The notes under the pieces: generated by a model
Database searches by the model: none
The model's input: the letters and a program-made list of their open reading frames with translations, nothing else
Told to the model about the DNA's origin: nothing
Assembly (NCBI GenBank): GCA_022821445.1
Contig: JAJEDQ010000130.1
Coordinates: 1-62,613, forward strand
DNA length: 62,613 nucleotides
Source: Acidimicrobiia bacterium
GTDB lineage: Bacteria > Actinomycetota > Acidimicrobiia > Acidimicrobiales > Bin134
Direction of reading: 5' to 3'
In this document: one piece after another, positions 26,824-36,980 of the stretch
Numbering within the stretch: position 1 is the stretch's first letter
Layout of the letters: the number at the start of each line of letters is the position of its first letter
Translations under genes and position numbers: made by a program

Positions 26824-28452
26824 ATGAAACAATCCAGCCGACTTTTGAGGCTTCTGGCAGTCTTGCTCGCTCTCGTGCTGGTCACCGCCGCCTGTGGGGA
26901 TAATGACGACGATGCCAGCCCCGGGGCAGGGGACTCAGTTGCCGATTCCGGCGATGCGGCCCCGTCCGGCGACGACAGCGGCGATTCCGGCGATGCGGCC
27001 CCGTCCAGCGGAGGTTTAACGCTCACGGTGGCCCTTGAATCCGATTACTCGCCGGCGACATACAACCCTCAGGCCTACGCACTGCAACAATTCCCGTTCC
27101 ACAGTCTGCTGTACGACTCACTCTTTGTTACGACTAGCGACGGCGAGATCGTGCCGAACATCGTCACCGAGTTCGCGACCAACGAGGAGGCGACGCAGCT
27201 GACGTTTTCGCTTCGCGAAGACTTAGTCTTCGATGACGGCAGTCCTCTTGACGCAGAGCTGGTGAAGGCCAATTTGGATCGGCGGCTCGAGGAAGATCTG
27301 CGGTCGTATAGCCTCTTCGGAGAGGGCCAGGAAGGCGAGATCGCCGATGTCGTCGTCAGCGGGCCGTACGAAGTCACGATTCACTGGGCGTTCGAGCAAG
27401 GAATTGCAAACGGCCACGAATTCCTCGCCGACAACGTCGGTGCGATCGTCGGACCCAACGGTGCGGCCGACAGCACCACCCTCGAGACAGCTCCAGAAGG
27501 CTCTGGCCCGTACCGTCTCGACCTTGACGCGAGCACCCGTGGAGCCACCTATGTCCTCCGCAAGTGGGCTGACCACTGGAATGCCGATGCCTACGCCTAT
27601 GACACGATCATCTTCAACATCATCACCGACGCGCAGGCCCGGGCAAACGCAGTCCTCTCCGGGGAGGCCGACCTGGCGATCAAGATCGAACCAAACCAGA
27701 TCAACCAACTGGAGTCAGAAGGTGCCCTTGCCAAGATTGGGGGCACCGTCGCGGCTGTGAACGTGCTCGACAAGACTGGTGAGCGAGTGCCCGCCTTCGG
27801 ATTTGTCGAGACCCGCCACGCTCTGTCGCTGGCGATCGATCGTCAGACCATCGTTGATGCACTGCGGCCTGGCGCCCGGCCGACTGTGCAGTACTTCCCC
27901 GAGCAGGCTGTCGGATTCGACCCGACGTTGAATGAGCGGTACGCCTACGACCCCGACCGAGCCCGCGAGCTGTTGGCATCGGTCGGTCTCGAGGACGGCT
28001 TCGAAGTCGACAAGGTGGTGCTCGGCGAGCCGACCGATGTTGAGCTCGCCATCCAGCGGATGTGGCAGGAAGAGCTGGGGGTCACCCTGAACTTCCCGGC
28101 CGTCACCAACACCGGCGAGCTCTTCGCTTCCGTCAATACGACTGCCATCATCATCAACGAGTGGGGTCTCGGCCTCCGGCCCGCCGGATTCGTCGCAGGT
28201 CCTGTGACCAGTGGCTTCATGAACACCCAGGGCGCCGAGAGTGAGGCAATCAGCTCAGTGCTGGGCCCGGCGCTGGGTGGCAACCCAGAAGCCCTGGTAG
28301 CGCTGAACAACGCACTGGTCGACGAGGGCTGGTGGATTGGCCTCTACGAGACCTTCACATACGCTGGCTACAATCCCGACTCCATCCAGGGAGTGCCGTT
28401 CGGGGGCATCTCGGGCATCGTCGTCATGGCTGATGTCGAACCGGTGGGCTGA
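26824..28452 (+). CDS. ABC transporter substrate-binding lipoprotein (family 5, Dpp/Opp/Nik)
   Basis: Lipobox LVTAAC, LYDSL, LREDLVFDDGSPLDAELVKANL, GSGPY, AYDPDRARELL. Confidence 0.92.
   Translation: MKQSSRLLRLLAVLLALVLVTAACGDNDDDASPGAGDSVADSGDAAPSGDDSGDSGDAAPSSGGLTLTVALESDYSPATYNPQAYALQQFPFHSLLYDSLFVTTSDGEIVPNIVTEFATNEEATQLTFSLREDLVFDDGSPLDAELVKANLDRRLEEDLRSYSLFGEGQEGEIADVVVSGPYEVTIHWAFEQGIANGHEFLADNVGAIVGPNGAADSTTLETAPEGSGPYRLDLDASTRGATYVLRKWADHWNADAYAYDTIIFNIITDAQARANAVLSGEADLAIKIEPNQINQLESEGALAKIGGTVAAVNVLDKTGERVPAFGFVETRHALSLAIDRQTIVDALRPGARPTVQYFPEQAVGFDPTLNERYAYDPDRARELLASVGLEDGFEVDKVVLGEPTDVELAIQRMWQEELGVTLNFPAVTNTGELFASVNTTAIIINEWGLGLRPAGFVAGPVTSGFMNTQGAESEAISSVLGPALGGNPEALVALNNALVDEGWWIGLYETFTYAGYNPDSIQGVPFGGISGIVVMADVEPVG
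26943..27006 (+). repeat. In-frame duplication in SBP linker (25-bp unit, 39-bp period)
   Basis: CGATTCCGGCGATGCGGCCCCGTCC at 26943 and 26982 (DSGDAAPS twice). Confidence 0.9.
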
Positions 28453-28471
28453 TGCCTAAATTGAGCTGACG

Positions 28472-28509
28472 AGGAGGGGTTCGCCGGCAGAGGTCGGCGA
28501 GCCCCTCTT
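28472..28509 (+). terminator. GC-rich stem-loop after the SBP gene (mRNA stabiliser/partial terminator)
   Basis: AGGAGGGGTTCGCCG...CGGCGAGCCCCTCTT inverted repeat. Confidence 0.65.
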
Positions 28510-28558
28510 GCTCCATCCAGGCCGTTGGCCTGCTCAGAATATTGGGGGATCCGGAACC

Positions 28559-29500
28559 ATGCCGTTGTACATAGCAAAACGGCTTGCTATCGGCGTCGGA
28601 ACCATCTGGGCAGCCTTCACGCTTACATTCCTCCTCGTTCACAGTACCGACAACAGCCCCGGTGCCGTTCGACTCGGGATGGGGGCCACCCCCGAAGAGG
28701 TCGAGGTCGAAAACGAGCGCCTTGGCTGGAATCGACCCCTCCTGACTCAATACGCAGACGACCTAGGAAAGATGGTGCGGCTCGATTTCGGTCAGTCCCT
28801 CATCAACCGCGGAGATGTCAGGGACCAGCTCTCAGATCGGCTGCCGGTCACAGCTTCGATCTCGGTTCTGGCCACATTGCTCGCGGGCATCGTTGGCACC
28901 GCACTTGGGGTAGTAGCCGCAGTACGCGGCCGCGGTACGGCCAAGGCTGTCAACGCGTTTTCTGGTTTCTCGCTCTCAATTCCCTCGTTCTGGCTTGGTG
29001 TGGTGCTCGTCTACTTCTTCGCGATTCGGCTCGACCTTCTGCCAGCAACGGGATACAGCCGGTTCAGCGAGGGCGTCGGGAGTTGGCTACAGAGCCTCGC
29101 CCTCCCGGTTATCACTCTCGCGATCGGCGGTGCTGCCGTGGTGGCCCGAATGGCCGCGTCCGGAATGCGAGAGGCCTTGGCACGCGAGTACATAACAACC
29201 CTGCGGGCTATTGGCACACCAGAGTGGAGAATTCGCTACATACATGCCCTGCGGGCGGCGAGTCTGCCCGTGGTCGGCGCGCTTGGCGTCCAGTTCATCG
29301 TGCTTTTCGGTGGGTCGGTCATCATCGAAAACCTCTTCGCCCTTCCGGGGATCGGTCAAGCTGCTTTGTTTGGGGCAACAGGCAACGACTTCCCCATCCT
29401 CATCGGCGTGGTGGTCATGTCCACGGCCGTGGTGGTGATTACTAACCTCGTCCTAGACCTTCTCACCGCCGTACTCGATCCGAAGTTGCGGACCAGATGA
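28559..29500 (+). CDS. ABC transporter permease (DppB-like)
   Basis: DFGQSL, RLPVT, IPSFWLG, SVIIENLFALPGIG. Confidence 0.92.
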   Translation: MPLYIAKRLAIGVGTIWAAFTLTFLLVHSTDNSPGAVRLGMGATPEEVEVENERLGWNRPLLTQYADDLGKMVRLDFGQSLINRGDVRDQLSDRLPVTASISVLATLLAGIVGTALGVVAAVRGRGTAKAVNAFSGFSLSIPSFWLGVVLVYFFAIRLDLLPATGYSRFSEGVGSWLQSLALPVITLAIGGAAVVARMAASGMREALAREYITTLRAIGTPEWRIRYIHALRAASLPVVGALGVQFIVLFGGSVIIENLFALPGIGQAALFGATGNDFPILIGVVVMSTAVVVITNLVLDLLTAVLDPKLRTR

Positions 29501-31438
29501 GCAGCATTCGGCAAGCCAAACAGCAGCGCATTCCGGCGTTCCTGCGATCGTGGGGAGGAGTGTTCGGGGCCGGATGGCTGATCTTTATGTTTCTCGCCTC
29601 GATCACTGCTCGTTGGTGGCGCCCTTACGACGTCGCGGAGCAGGACCTGATCGCACGGCTGCAGGGGCCCTCAAGCGAGTATTGGCTCGGTACCGATGCT
29701 GTGGGCCGCGACCTGTTCAGCCGAGTCTTCACCGCCGGCGCCTTACCCCTTCAGGCGTCGGCGGTGATGGTTCTCGTCGCTTTCGGCATCGGTCTGCCGC
29801 TTATCCTCATCGCGGCGGAACGAGGCGGACGCGTCGAAGAGGCCATCGGTCGCTTCGCTGAGACAATCATGTCGCTGCCATCCACGGTGATCCTGTTGGC
29901 GGCAATCGGGGCTATCGGCAATCGCATCTATCCCGTCATGATGATCTTCGGCCTGTTGGTCTCAGCAGCGCTGTACCGGATACTGATCGGGGTTGCGAAG
30001 TCCAGCCGACAACATCTGTACATTGATGCTGCCCGAGTCGACGGCATGGGCTCCATTCGGGTCAACCTTGCCCATGTACTGCCCAGCATGGCCCGCCCGA
30101 TCGCCGTTCAGGCAGCCATTGTCTACGCGATCGGACTGCTGATCATCAATGGTCTGGCGTTTCTCGGGTTCGGGCCCGGAGAACCTCAGCCCAGCTGGGG
30201 ATTCATGATCAAAGACGCCTCCGACAACATTTTCAACTCCCCGTGGATGATGGTTCCCTCCCGGCGTCGCCCTCTCGCTCACGGTCATGGCGGCGAATGC
30301 GCTGGCCGATGCGCTGGCCGGACCCCTCGGCATCCCGGAGTACACCCCCCCTAAGCGTCGCCGAACTATCTCCGCTTCCCCAGCACAGCAGTCTGAGGGC
30401 ACAGACAACCTCGCCCTTTCGGTCCGCGATTTGTCGGTGGTTGTCGAGGGGGGACCGACCCTTGTAAGCGGGATATCCTTCGATCTCCGACAAGGTGAAG
30501 TTATGGGCCTGGTCGGTGAGTCTGGCTGCGGCAAGACGATGACCGCCAGATCGCTCCTCGGCTTGCTTCCCGCGGGCGTGGAAGTGAGTAGCGGTTCCAT
30601 CATCTGGCAGGGAAGGCAGATCGCCGGTCTGCCCGAACGGGATGCGATCAAGATCCGCGGGCGGGAGATCGCCATGATTTCCCAGGAACCCATGGTCGCG
30701 CTGGATCCGCTGTTCTCCGTAAAGTCGCAACTCACCCGTCCGCTTCGGCGGTTTCGCGGCGTGGGGAGACGCGAGGCCCGGCGAATCGCCCTTGAGCTTC
30801 TCCGACAGGTCGGCATAGTCGATGCCGAACGGGTGCTCAGGTGCTACCCGCATCAACTCTCGGGCGGCATGGCCCAGCGGGTCGCGATCGCGCTGGCGCT
30901 CACCGGCTCGCCGAAGCTCCTGATTGCCGATGAGACGACCACCGCCCTGGATGTGACTGTGCAGGCCGAGATTCTGAGCCTATTGCGGGCACTGGTTGCT
31001 GAAACGGGCATGTCAGTGTTGTTGGTCTCCCACGACCTCGGTGTGGTGGCCGATATCTGCGACCGGATCGCGGTTATGTACTCCGGACAAGTCGTAGAGG
31101 CCGGAACGGTGGCAGAAGTGCTCGAAGACCCGTATCACCCCTACACGATGGCGCTTCTCGGCGCGAACCCACATGTCGCCGACGATGCCCCTGAGCCCGA
31201 GCGGCTGGCTGCGATCTCCGGCAGCGTGCCGCCTCCGGGCAATTGGCCGGAGGGGTGCCGCTTTGCGGACCGCTGCCAGTTCGCGGCAAGCGAATGCAGT
31301 GTCGCCTTCGAGCCCGAGCCCGCCCACGTAGACGGCATGTCGCTGTGCATTCGAACTGGAGAACTCCGACGAACTGGCGCGCAGTGGGCGCCTGAGCACC
31401 GCGGCGCCGAACTGGCTGTGGAATCGGAGGCCCCATGA
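29497..31438 (+). pseudogene. Fused DppC permease/DppD ATPase interrupted by a +1 frameshift at ~30260-30262
   Basis: Removing one C from CCC TCC C GGC restores PWMMVPSGVALSLTVMAANALADAL and continues into GESGCGKT and YPHQLSGGMAQR. Confidence 0.8.
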
Positions 31439-32451
31439 CCACGACCGTCCAGTCGAATCCTCCGGCAATTGAGGTACGCGACCTCGTCGTCCGTTATGGC
31501 GGGGGTCGACGAGCCATGAAGACGCCTCCCGCGGTCGATGGTGTCTGCTTCGACATAGCGCCCGGTGAGACACTCGGACTCGTCGGCGAGTCGGGGTCGG
31601 GCAAGTCCACGATCGGAAAGGCGCTTCTGGGGTTGCAGCCGCCCACCGAAGGCACCATATGGCTGCACGGCAAGGACGTCACTACGGCATCATTGAAGGA
31701 GCGCCGGACCCTCGCATCCGAATTGCGCGTCGTTTTTCAAGACCCGTATTCGTCGCTTAATCCGGCCCGGCGAATCGGGCAAACCCTTGCTGAGTCGCTG
31801 CGCCTGATCGGGATAAAAGGTGACGCCGCTCGCGCCCGCGCCATCACAACCCTCGAATCCGTCGGGCTGCCCAGTGACAGCATTGACCGCTTCCCTTCGC
31901 AGTTCTCAGGTGGTCAGCGCCAGCGGATCGCCATCGCCCGCGCACTCGTTCGCGACCCCAACGTGCTCGTCCTCGACGAACCTGTGAGCGCCCTCGATCT
32001 ATCCACCCAGGCTCAAGTACTCAACCTGCTCGCCGATCTCCGCGACGAGCACAAGCTGGCGTACCTGTTCATTGCCCACGATCTCGGCGTCGTCCGCTTC
32101 CTCGCCCATCGAGTTGTGGTGCTGTACCGCGGCCAAGTCATGGAGTCCGGCCCGGTCGAGGATGTGACAAGCCGCCCCCGCCATCCGTACAGCGTGGCGC
32201 TGACCGCTGCGGCGCCGGTTCCTCGTCCGGCCGAGCAGATCGATCGTCGCGCCCACCGTGAGGCTCTCAGCGTAGGCTCGGCCAGCACCGCGCCCCCCGA
32301 CCCCAAAGGTTGCCCGTTCGCCTCTCGCTGCCCGTTGGCCGATGGGCAGTGTCATGCCGAGCGGCCGATGCTCCGACTGATCGGCGGTCAACGCGTCGCC
32401 TGTCACCACGCCGAACAAGTCGGTGTGACCTGGCCCCCACCCCCAAACTGA
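31435..32451 (+). CDS. ABC transporter ATP-binding protein (DppF-like)
   Basis: GESGSGKS, FSGGQRQRIAIARA, DEPVSALD. Confidence 0.94.
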   Translation: MTTTVQSNPPAIEVRDLVVRYGGGRRAMKTPPAVDGVCFDIAPGETLGLVGESGSGKSTIGKALLGLQPPTEGTIWLHGKDVTTASLKERRTLASELRVVFQDPYSSLNPARRIGQTLAESLRLIGIKGDAARARAITTLESVGLPSDSIDRFPSQFSGGQRQRIAIARALVRDPNVLVLDEPVSALDLSTQAQVLNLLADLRDEHKLAYLFIAHDLGVVRFLAHRVVVLYRGQVMESGPVEDVTSRPRHPYSVALTAAAPVPRPAEQIDRRAHREALSVGSASTAPPDPKGCPFASRCPLADGQCHAERPMLRLIGGQRVACHHAEQVGVTWPPPPN

Positions 32452-32476
32452 TCGGGCAGCTCGCCTAGGAGGAACC

Positions 32477-33718
32477 ATGACATATTCGACGAACCCGGCC
32501 TCATTCCTATGGGGCGCGGCCACCGCTGGCCACCAGATCGAAGGCAACAACACCAATAGCGACACATGGTTCCTCGAGCACGTTGAGCCGACGGTGTTCG
32601 CCGAACCGTCCGGGGCGGCGTGCAATTCGTTCGAACGGTGGGAGGACGACCTCGCGCTCGTCGCCGGAATGGGTTTGAACAGCTACCGGTTTTCGGTGGA
32701 GTGGGCCAGGATCGAGCCGAACCCGGGAGAGTTCAGCACCGCCGCCCTCGACCACTATGAGCGGATCGTCGACGGCTGTCTTGAGCGGGACCTCGCTCCG
32801 GTCGTTACCTACAATCACTTCACCGCCCCGCACTGGTTTGGAGCTCGGGGCGGCTTCTTGGATGCCGATGCGCCGATGCGGTTCGCCACCTACTGCGCCA
32901 GGGTCACAGAGGCATTCGGTGACCGCATCGCTTACGGACTCACCCTCAACGAGCCCCAGTTGCATCGCTTGCTGGCGTGGATCCCGCTTCCCGACTTCGT
33001 GTACGAGGCGAACAAAGCGACTCTTGCCGCGGCGTCAAAGGCCGCGGGCGTCGATCGGTACCGGGTGGCCAATGTCTGGATTCCAGCTGAGTTCGAGGAG
33101 TTTGACGATGGATTCGCAGCAGGACATGAGGCGGCCCGCGCCGCTATCAAGGCGGCCGTACCTGATCTTCCAATTGGCCTCAGCATCGCCATGTGCGACG
33201 ACTGCGTTGTCGGCGACGACACGACCGTGCGTGATCGCAAGCGGGCGGAGTGCTACGACCGCTGGCTGGACATAGCTGCCAACGACGACTTCATCGGCGT
33301 ACAGAACTATGAGCGACGCTGGTACGACGGCGACGGAGCCGTTGAGGTCGACTCGTCACTGCCATTGAACGACATGGGCTCGGCCGTCGAACCCGGTTCA
33401 CTGGCCGGGGCGGCGGCCTACGCGTACGAGCGCTCCGGCGTCCCAGTTCTGGTAACCGAGCACGGGGTGGCGACCGACGACGACACCCTGCGAGCTGGCC
33501 TAATTCCACCCGCCCTCGACCAACTGATGGATCTTCGTGACGGTGGTGTCCCCCTGCTCGGGTACTTCCATTGGTCGCTCCTCGACAATTTCGAGTGGGT
33601 GTCCGGCTACAACCATCACCTCGGGCTGCACGAGGTGGACTTCAAGACCTTTTTGCGCACACCAAAGCCGAGTGCCCGGGTCTACGCCGATGTCGTTGCC
33701 CGCCACCACGCAGGCTGA
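32477..33718 (+). CDS. Glycoside hydrolase family 1 (beta-glucosidase)
   Basis: FLWGAATAGHQIEG, YRFSVEWARIEP, NEP acid/base, TEHG nucleophile, WSLLDNFEW. Confidence 0.95.
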   Translation: MTYSTNPASFLWGAATAGHQIEGNNTNSDTWFLEHVEPTVFAEPSGAACNSFERWEDDLALVAGMGLNSYRFSVEWARIEPNPGEFSTAALDHYERIVDGCLERDLAPVVTYNHFTAPHWFGARGGFLDADAPMRFATYCARVTEAFGDRIAYGLTLNEPQLHRLLAWIPLPDFVYEANKATLAAASKAAGVDRYRVANVWIPAEFEEFDDGFAAGHEAARAAIKAAVPDLPIGLSIAMCDDCVVGDDTTVRDRKRAECYDRWLDIAANDDFIGVQNYERRWYDGDGAVEVDSSLPLNDMGSAVEPGSLAGAAAYAYERSGVPVLVTEHGVATDDDTLRAGLIPPALDQLMDLRDGGVPLLGYFHWSLLDNFEWVSGYNHHLGLHEVDFKTFLRTPKPSARVYADVVARHHAG

Positions 33719-33723
33719 CCGGT

Positions 33724-34836
33724 TCAACGCCACACGTCATTTGCAACCGCGACGACATGTCGGAGCTTGGCCCACTGCTGGTCCTCGGTCATGACGTTGC
33801 CGTGAACCGTCGAAGAAAACCCGCACTGCGGGCTGAGACAGAGCTGGTCAATTGCGACATAGCCACTGGCGTCATCGATCCTTGACTTGAGGTCGTCAGG
33901 ATCCTCGAGCTCGGGGAACTTGGAGGTCACCAGCCCGAGCACAACGGTCTTATCTTCGGGAACAAATCGCAACGGAGCGAAGTCGCCGGAACGCTCGTCG
34001 TCGTATTCCAGGAAGTAGGCGTCGACGTCGAGTTCGCTGAACAACACTTCAGCCACCGGTTCGTACCCACCGCTAGCAAAATAGGTGCTGCGAAAGTTGC
34101 CACGACAGAGGTGAATACAGACCGTGAGATCGTCGGGGCAACCTTCAAGGGCCGCATTGATCAGCGCCGCATAGGTTTGAGGGAGCGCATTGGGGTCGTC
34201 CCCTCGATCGATGGCGCCTTGACGCATGCCAGGATCGCAAAGGTACGCCAGGTTGGTATCGTCGAGTTGCACATAGCGACATCCGGCGGCGTAGAGCGCG
34301 GCGAGTTCGTCCCGATATACCTTCGCGAGATCCTCGAAAAACGAATCGAGGTAGGGGTACGACACGATGTCTATTCCGGCGCGTCCTCCCCGGAAATGCG
34401 CCATCGTCGGCGACGGGATAGTGACTTTGGTGAGGCAGCCCGCCGGTGTGTGACTGGAGACGAATTCATAGTCGGCGACCTGAATCGGATGGTCGTGAGT
34501 GAGTCTGCCGGTCACTGTGATCCGCGGAGGCGCCTGATGAACGGTCTCTTCCGAGTCGGATGTCGCCGCGATCATGCCCTCGACTGTGATACCGCCGAGC
34601 TGCTGGAGGAAGTCCAGGTGGAACCACTCTCTGCGAAACTCACCGTCGGTGATGCTACGGATACCAGTCTCGGCCAGACGATTGACCAAAGCAGCGATCT
34701 CGGTGTCTTCAACTACGCGCAGCCCAGCTGCATCGATCTGCCCAGCTTGGTGGTTCACCCGAGCTTGGAGGATTGTCGGCGTGCGCAGCAGGCTACCGAC
34801 ATGATCGGCTCGAAATGGGGGGTTGGTCTTGGACAT
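33724..34836 (-). CDS. Cobalamin-independent methionine synthase II-like (single-barrel MetE C-terminal family)
   Basis: DHVGSLLR, TDGEFRR, HLCRGN, FLEYD, LSPQCGFSS zinc ligands. Confidence 0.85.
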   Translation of the reverse strand: MSKTNPPFRADHVGSLLRTPTILQARVNHQAGQIDAAGLRVVEDTEIAALVNRLAETGIRSITDGEFRREWFHLDFLQQLGGITVEGMIAATSDSEETVHQAPPRITVTGRLTHDHPIQVADYEFVSSHTPAGCLTKVTIPSPTMAHFRGGRAGIDIVSYPYLDSFFEDLAKVYRDELAALYAAGCRYVQLDDTNLAYLCDPGMRQGAIDRGDDPNALPQTYAALINAALEGCPDDLTVCIHLCRGNFRSTYFASGGYEPVAEVLFSELDVDAYFLEYDDERSGDFAPLRFVPEDKTVVLGLVTSKFPELEDPDDLKSRIDDASGYVAIDQLCLSPQCGFSSTVHGNVMTEDQQWAKLRHVVAVANDVWR

Positions 34837-34865
34837 TGACGCATTCCTTGCGTGGTCGGTTCAGC

Positions 34866-35810
34866 TCAGCTCCGAAGCTGCTGCTCAAGCTTGTGGAGCC
34901 ACTTGTAGCAACTCATGACTTGGCGGACGGAGCTATTGGGCTCGCGGCCCTCGCGGATGGCGGCAATGAACTCACGGTCTTGGAGCTCGATGCCGTTCAT
35001 GGAAACGTCGACATGAGACACGTCGATGGGTTCGTCGCGCCCCGTGAAGAGGTCGTCGTAGCGGGCAATGTAGGTGCCGGAATCGCCGATGTAGCGGAAA
35101 AATGTGCCGAACGGTCCGTCGTTATTGAACGAAAGTGAGAGCGTGAGGATCGAACCACCGCTGGTCTTCATCTGGATCGACATGTCCATGGCGATGCCGA
35201 GTTCGGGATGGTGGGGGCCTTCGAGCACATTGGCCGCTACGATCTCCTCACCGACCTGGTAGGCGAATAGGTCCACCGTGTGGGCGGCGTGGTGCCAAAG
35301 CAGGTGATCGGTCCATGAACGAGGTTTTCCCAGGGCGTTGGTGTTGGTGCGCCTAAAGAAGTATGTCTGCACGTCCATCTGCTGGATGTTGAGCTCGCCA
35401 GCCTGGAGCTTGCTGCGCAGCCACTGATGCGACGGGTTGAAGCGCCGGGTGTGACCGACCATGGCCACAAGGCCCGAACGCTCCTGTGTAGCGAGCACGG
35501 CTTCCGCCTCGGCAAGCGAATCGGCGAGCGGGATCTCGACTTCGACGTGCTTGCCAGCCTCCATGCAGGCAATCGACTGGCGAGCGTGCATCGGAGTGGG
35601 GGTGGCCAGGATTACGGCGTCCACCTCGTCAACGTTCAGAGCCTCGTCGAGTTCGGTTCCCCAGTGGGTTATGCCGAATTCTTCGGCGACCTCGCGGGCG
35701 GTGTTGGACACGGGGTCGATGACCGATATGACTTCGGCACCATCGATGGCGTCTATTCCCTCTAGGTGTTTGCGACCAAAGGCACCGGCACCAGCAAGGG
35801 CAAGCTTCAT
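34866..35810 (-). CDS. ligC: 4-carboxy-2-hydroxymuconate-6-semialdehyde dehydrogenase
   Basis: GAGAFG, TPTPMH, GHTRRFNPSHQ, RSWTDHLLWHHAAH, SMNGIELQDREF. Confidence 0.9.
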   Translation of the reverse strand: MKLALAGAGAFGRKHLEGIDAIDGAEVISVIDPVSNTAREVAEEFGITHWGTELDEALNVDEVDAVILATPTPMHARQSIACMEAGKHVEVEIPLADSLAEAEAVLATQERSGLVAMVGHTRRFNPSHQWLRSKLQAGELNIQQMDVQTYFFRRTNTNALGKPRSWTDHLLWHHAAHTVDLFAYQVGEEIVAANVLEGPHHPELGIAMDMSIQMKTSGGSILTLSLSFNNDGPFGTFFRYIGDSGTYIARYDDLFTGRDEPIDVSHVDVSMNGIELQDREFIAAIREGREPNSSVRQVMSCYKWLHKLEQQLRS

Positions 35811-35865
35811 CGTAGATCCTCTCGGCTTCCACTCGTGCAGATGATCTTGCCACCTGCCCGCCAGG

Positions 35866-35889
35866 AATGTCGACAATCTTGTTGACATT
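35866..35889. promoter_or_regulatory. Palindromic GntR-type operator between ligC and ligU
   Basis: AATGTCGACAA-TC-TTGTTGACATT near-perfect inverted repeat; shares TGTCGACAATC with 41080-41090. Confidence 0.7.
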
Positions 35890-35904
35890 TGCGAAACTCG
35901 TCCA

Positions 35905-36978
35905 ATGGAAGGCGGCATTCCTTGCATGATCATGCGCGGTGGATCGTCCAAGGGGGCCTACTTCCTGCAAGAAGACTTGCCCACTGGTGCCGATGAGCGT
36001 GCTTCCCTGCTTCGTCGGATCATGGGCTCACCAGACCCTCGCCAGATCGACGGGATTGGGGGGGCCCACCCACTAACGTCGAAGGTGGCAATTGTCGCGC
36101 CGTCTCCCGACGGAGAGGCCGATGTCGACTATCTATTCCTCCAGGTCAACGTTGAAGACGACATAGTTTCCGACCGGCAGAACTGTGGCAACCTGCTTGC
36201 CGGCGTCGCCCCGTTTGCAATCGAACGAGGCGTCATCGATGCTCCCAGCGATGGCGAGGCGACGGTGAGGATCCGCATGCTCAACACCGACTCGATTGCC
36301 ACTGCGCGGCTCGAAGTGCGCGACGGCACCCCGGTCTACGACGGCGATATGACGATTTCGGGCGTGCCAGGAACCGCCGCAGCGATCTCTCTGGAGTTCG
36401 AGGAAATTGCCGGGAGCTCGGCCGCTGCGCTACTCCCGACCGGCAAGCCGTTTGATGAAGTCGAGGGCATCGCCTGCACGATGGTTGACAATGGCATGCC
36501 GGTGGTCGTGATGGCGGCGGCCGACCTCGGTGTCACCGGCTATGAGCCATGCGCCGTCCTCGAAGGCAACGAGGCCCTGCGCACGAAACTCGAAGCGATC
36601 CGCGTCCAAGCGGGATACCGAATGGGCCTCGGTGACGTCAGCGCAACGACAGTGCCGAAGCTCACGTTCGTCGCCCCACCGCAGGCGGGTGGAAATCTCT
36701 GTACTCGCACCTTCATTCCCCACCGGTGCCACGACGCTATAGGTGTGTTTGGTGCGGTGGCGGTCGCCACCGCCGCACTGCTTCGCGGGTCGCCGGCGCA
36801 CGAACTGCTCACTCCACCCGACGACAGCGTGGTCCGGCTCGAGCACCCCACCGGCCATTTTGACGCAGTCATAGAGATCAGCACCGATGCCGACGGCACG
36901 ATCGAGGTTCCCCGCGTCGGGATAATTCGAACCACCCGAAAGCTAATGGACGGCACCGTCTTCCCTCGTCCGGAGTAG
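35905..36978 (+). CDS. ligU: 4-oxalomesaconate tautomerase (PrpF/GalD family)
   Basis: MRGGSSKG, MGSPDPRQIDGIGG..LTSKVAIV, QNCGN, FIPHRCH. Confidence 0.9.
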   Translation: MEGGIPCMIMRGGSSKGAYFLQEDLPTGADERASLLRRIMGSPDPRQIDGIGGAHPLTSKVAIVAPSPDGEADVDYLFLQVNVEDDIVSDRQNCGNLLAGVAPFAIERGVIDAPSDGEATVRIRMLNTDSIATARLEVRDGTPVYDGDMTISGVPGTAAAISLEFEEIAGSSAAALLPTGKPFDEVEGIACTMVDNGMPVVVMAAADLGVTGYEPCAVLEGNEALRTKLEAIRVQAGYRMGLGDVSATTVPKLTFVAPPQAGGNLCTRTFIPHRCHDAIGVFGAVAVATAALLRGSPAHELLTPPDDSVVRLEHPTGHFDAVIEISTDADGTIEVPRVGIIRTTRKLMDGTVFPRPE

Positions 36979-36980
36979 CA

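Noticed and set aside
26943-27006. SBP linker repeat as a phase-variable locus
   Set aside because: In-frame two-copy repeat in a low-complexity lipoprotein tether, which is common.
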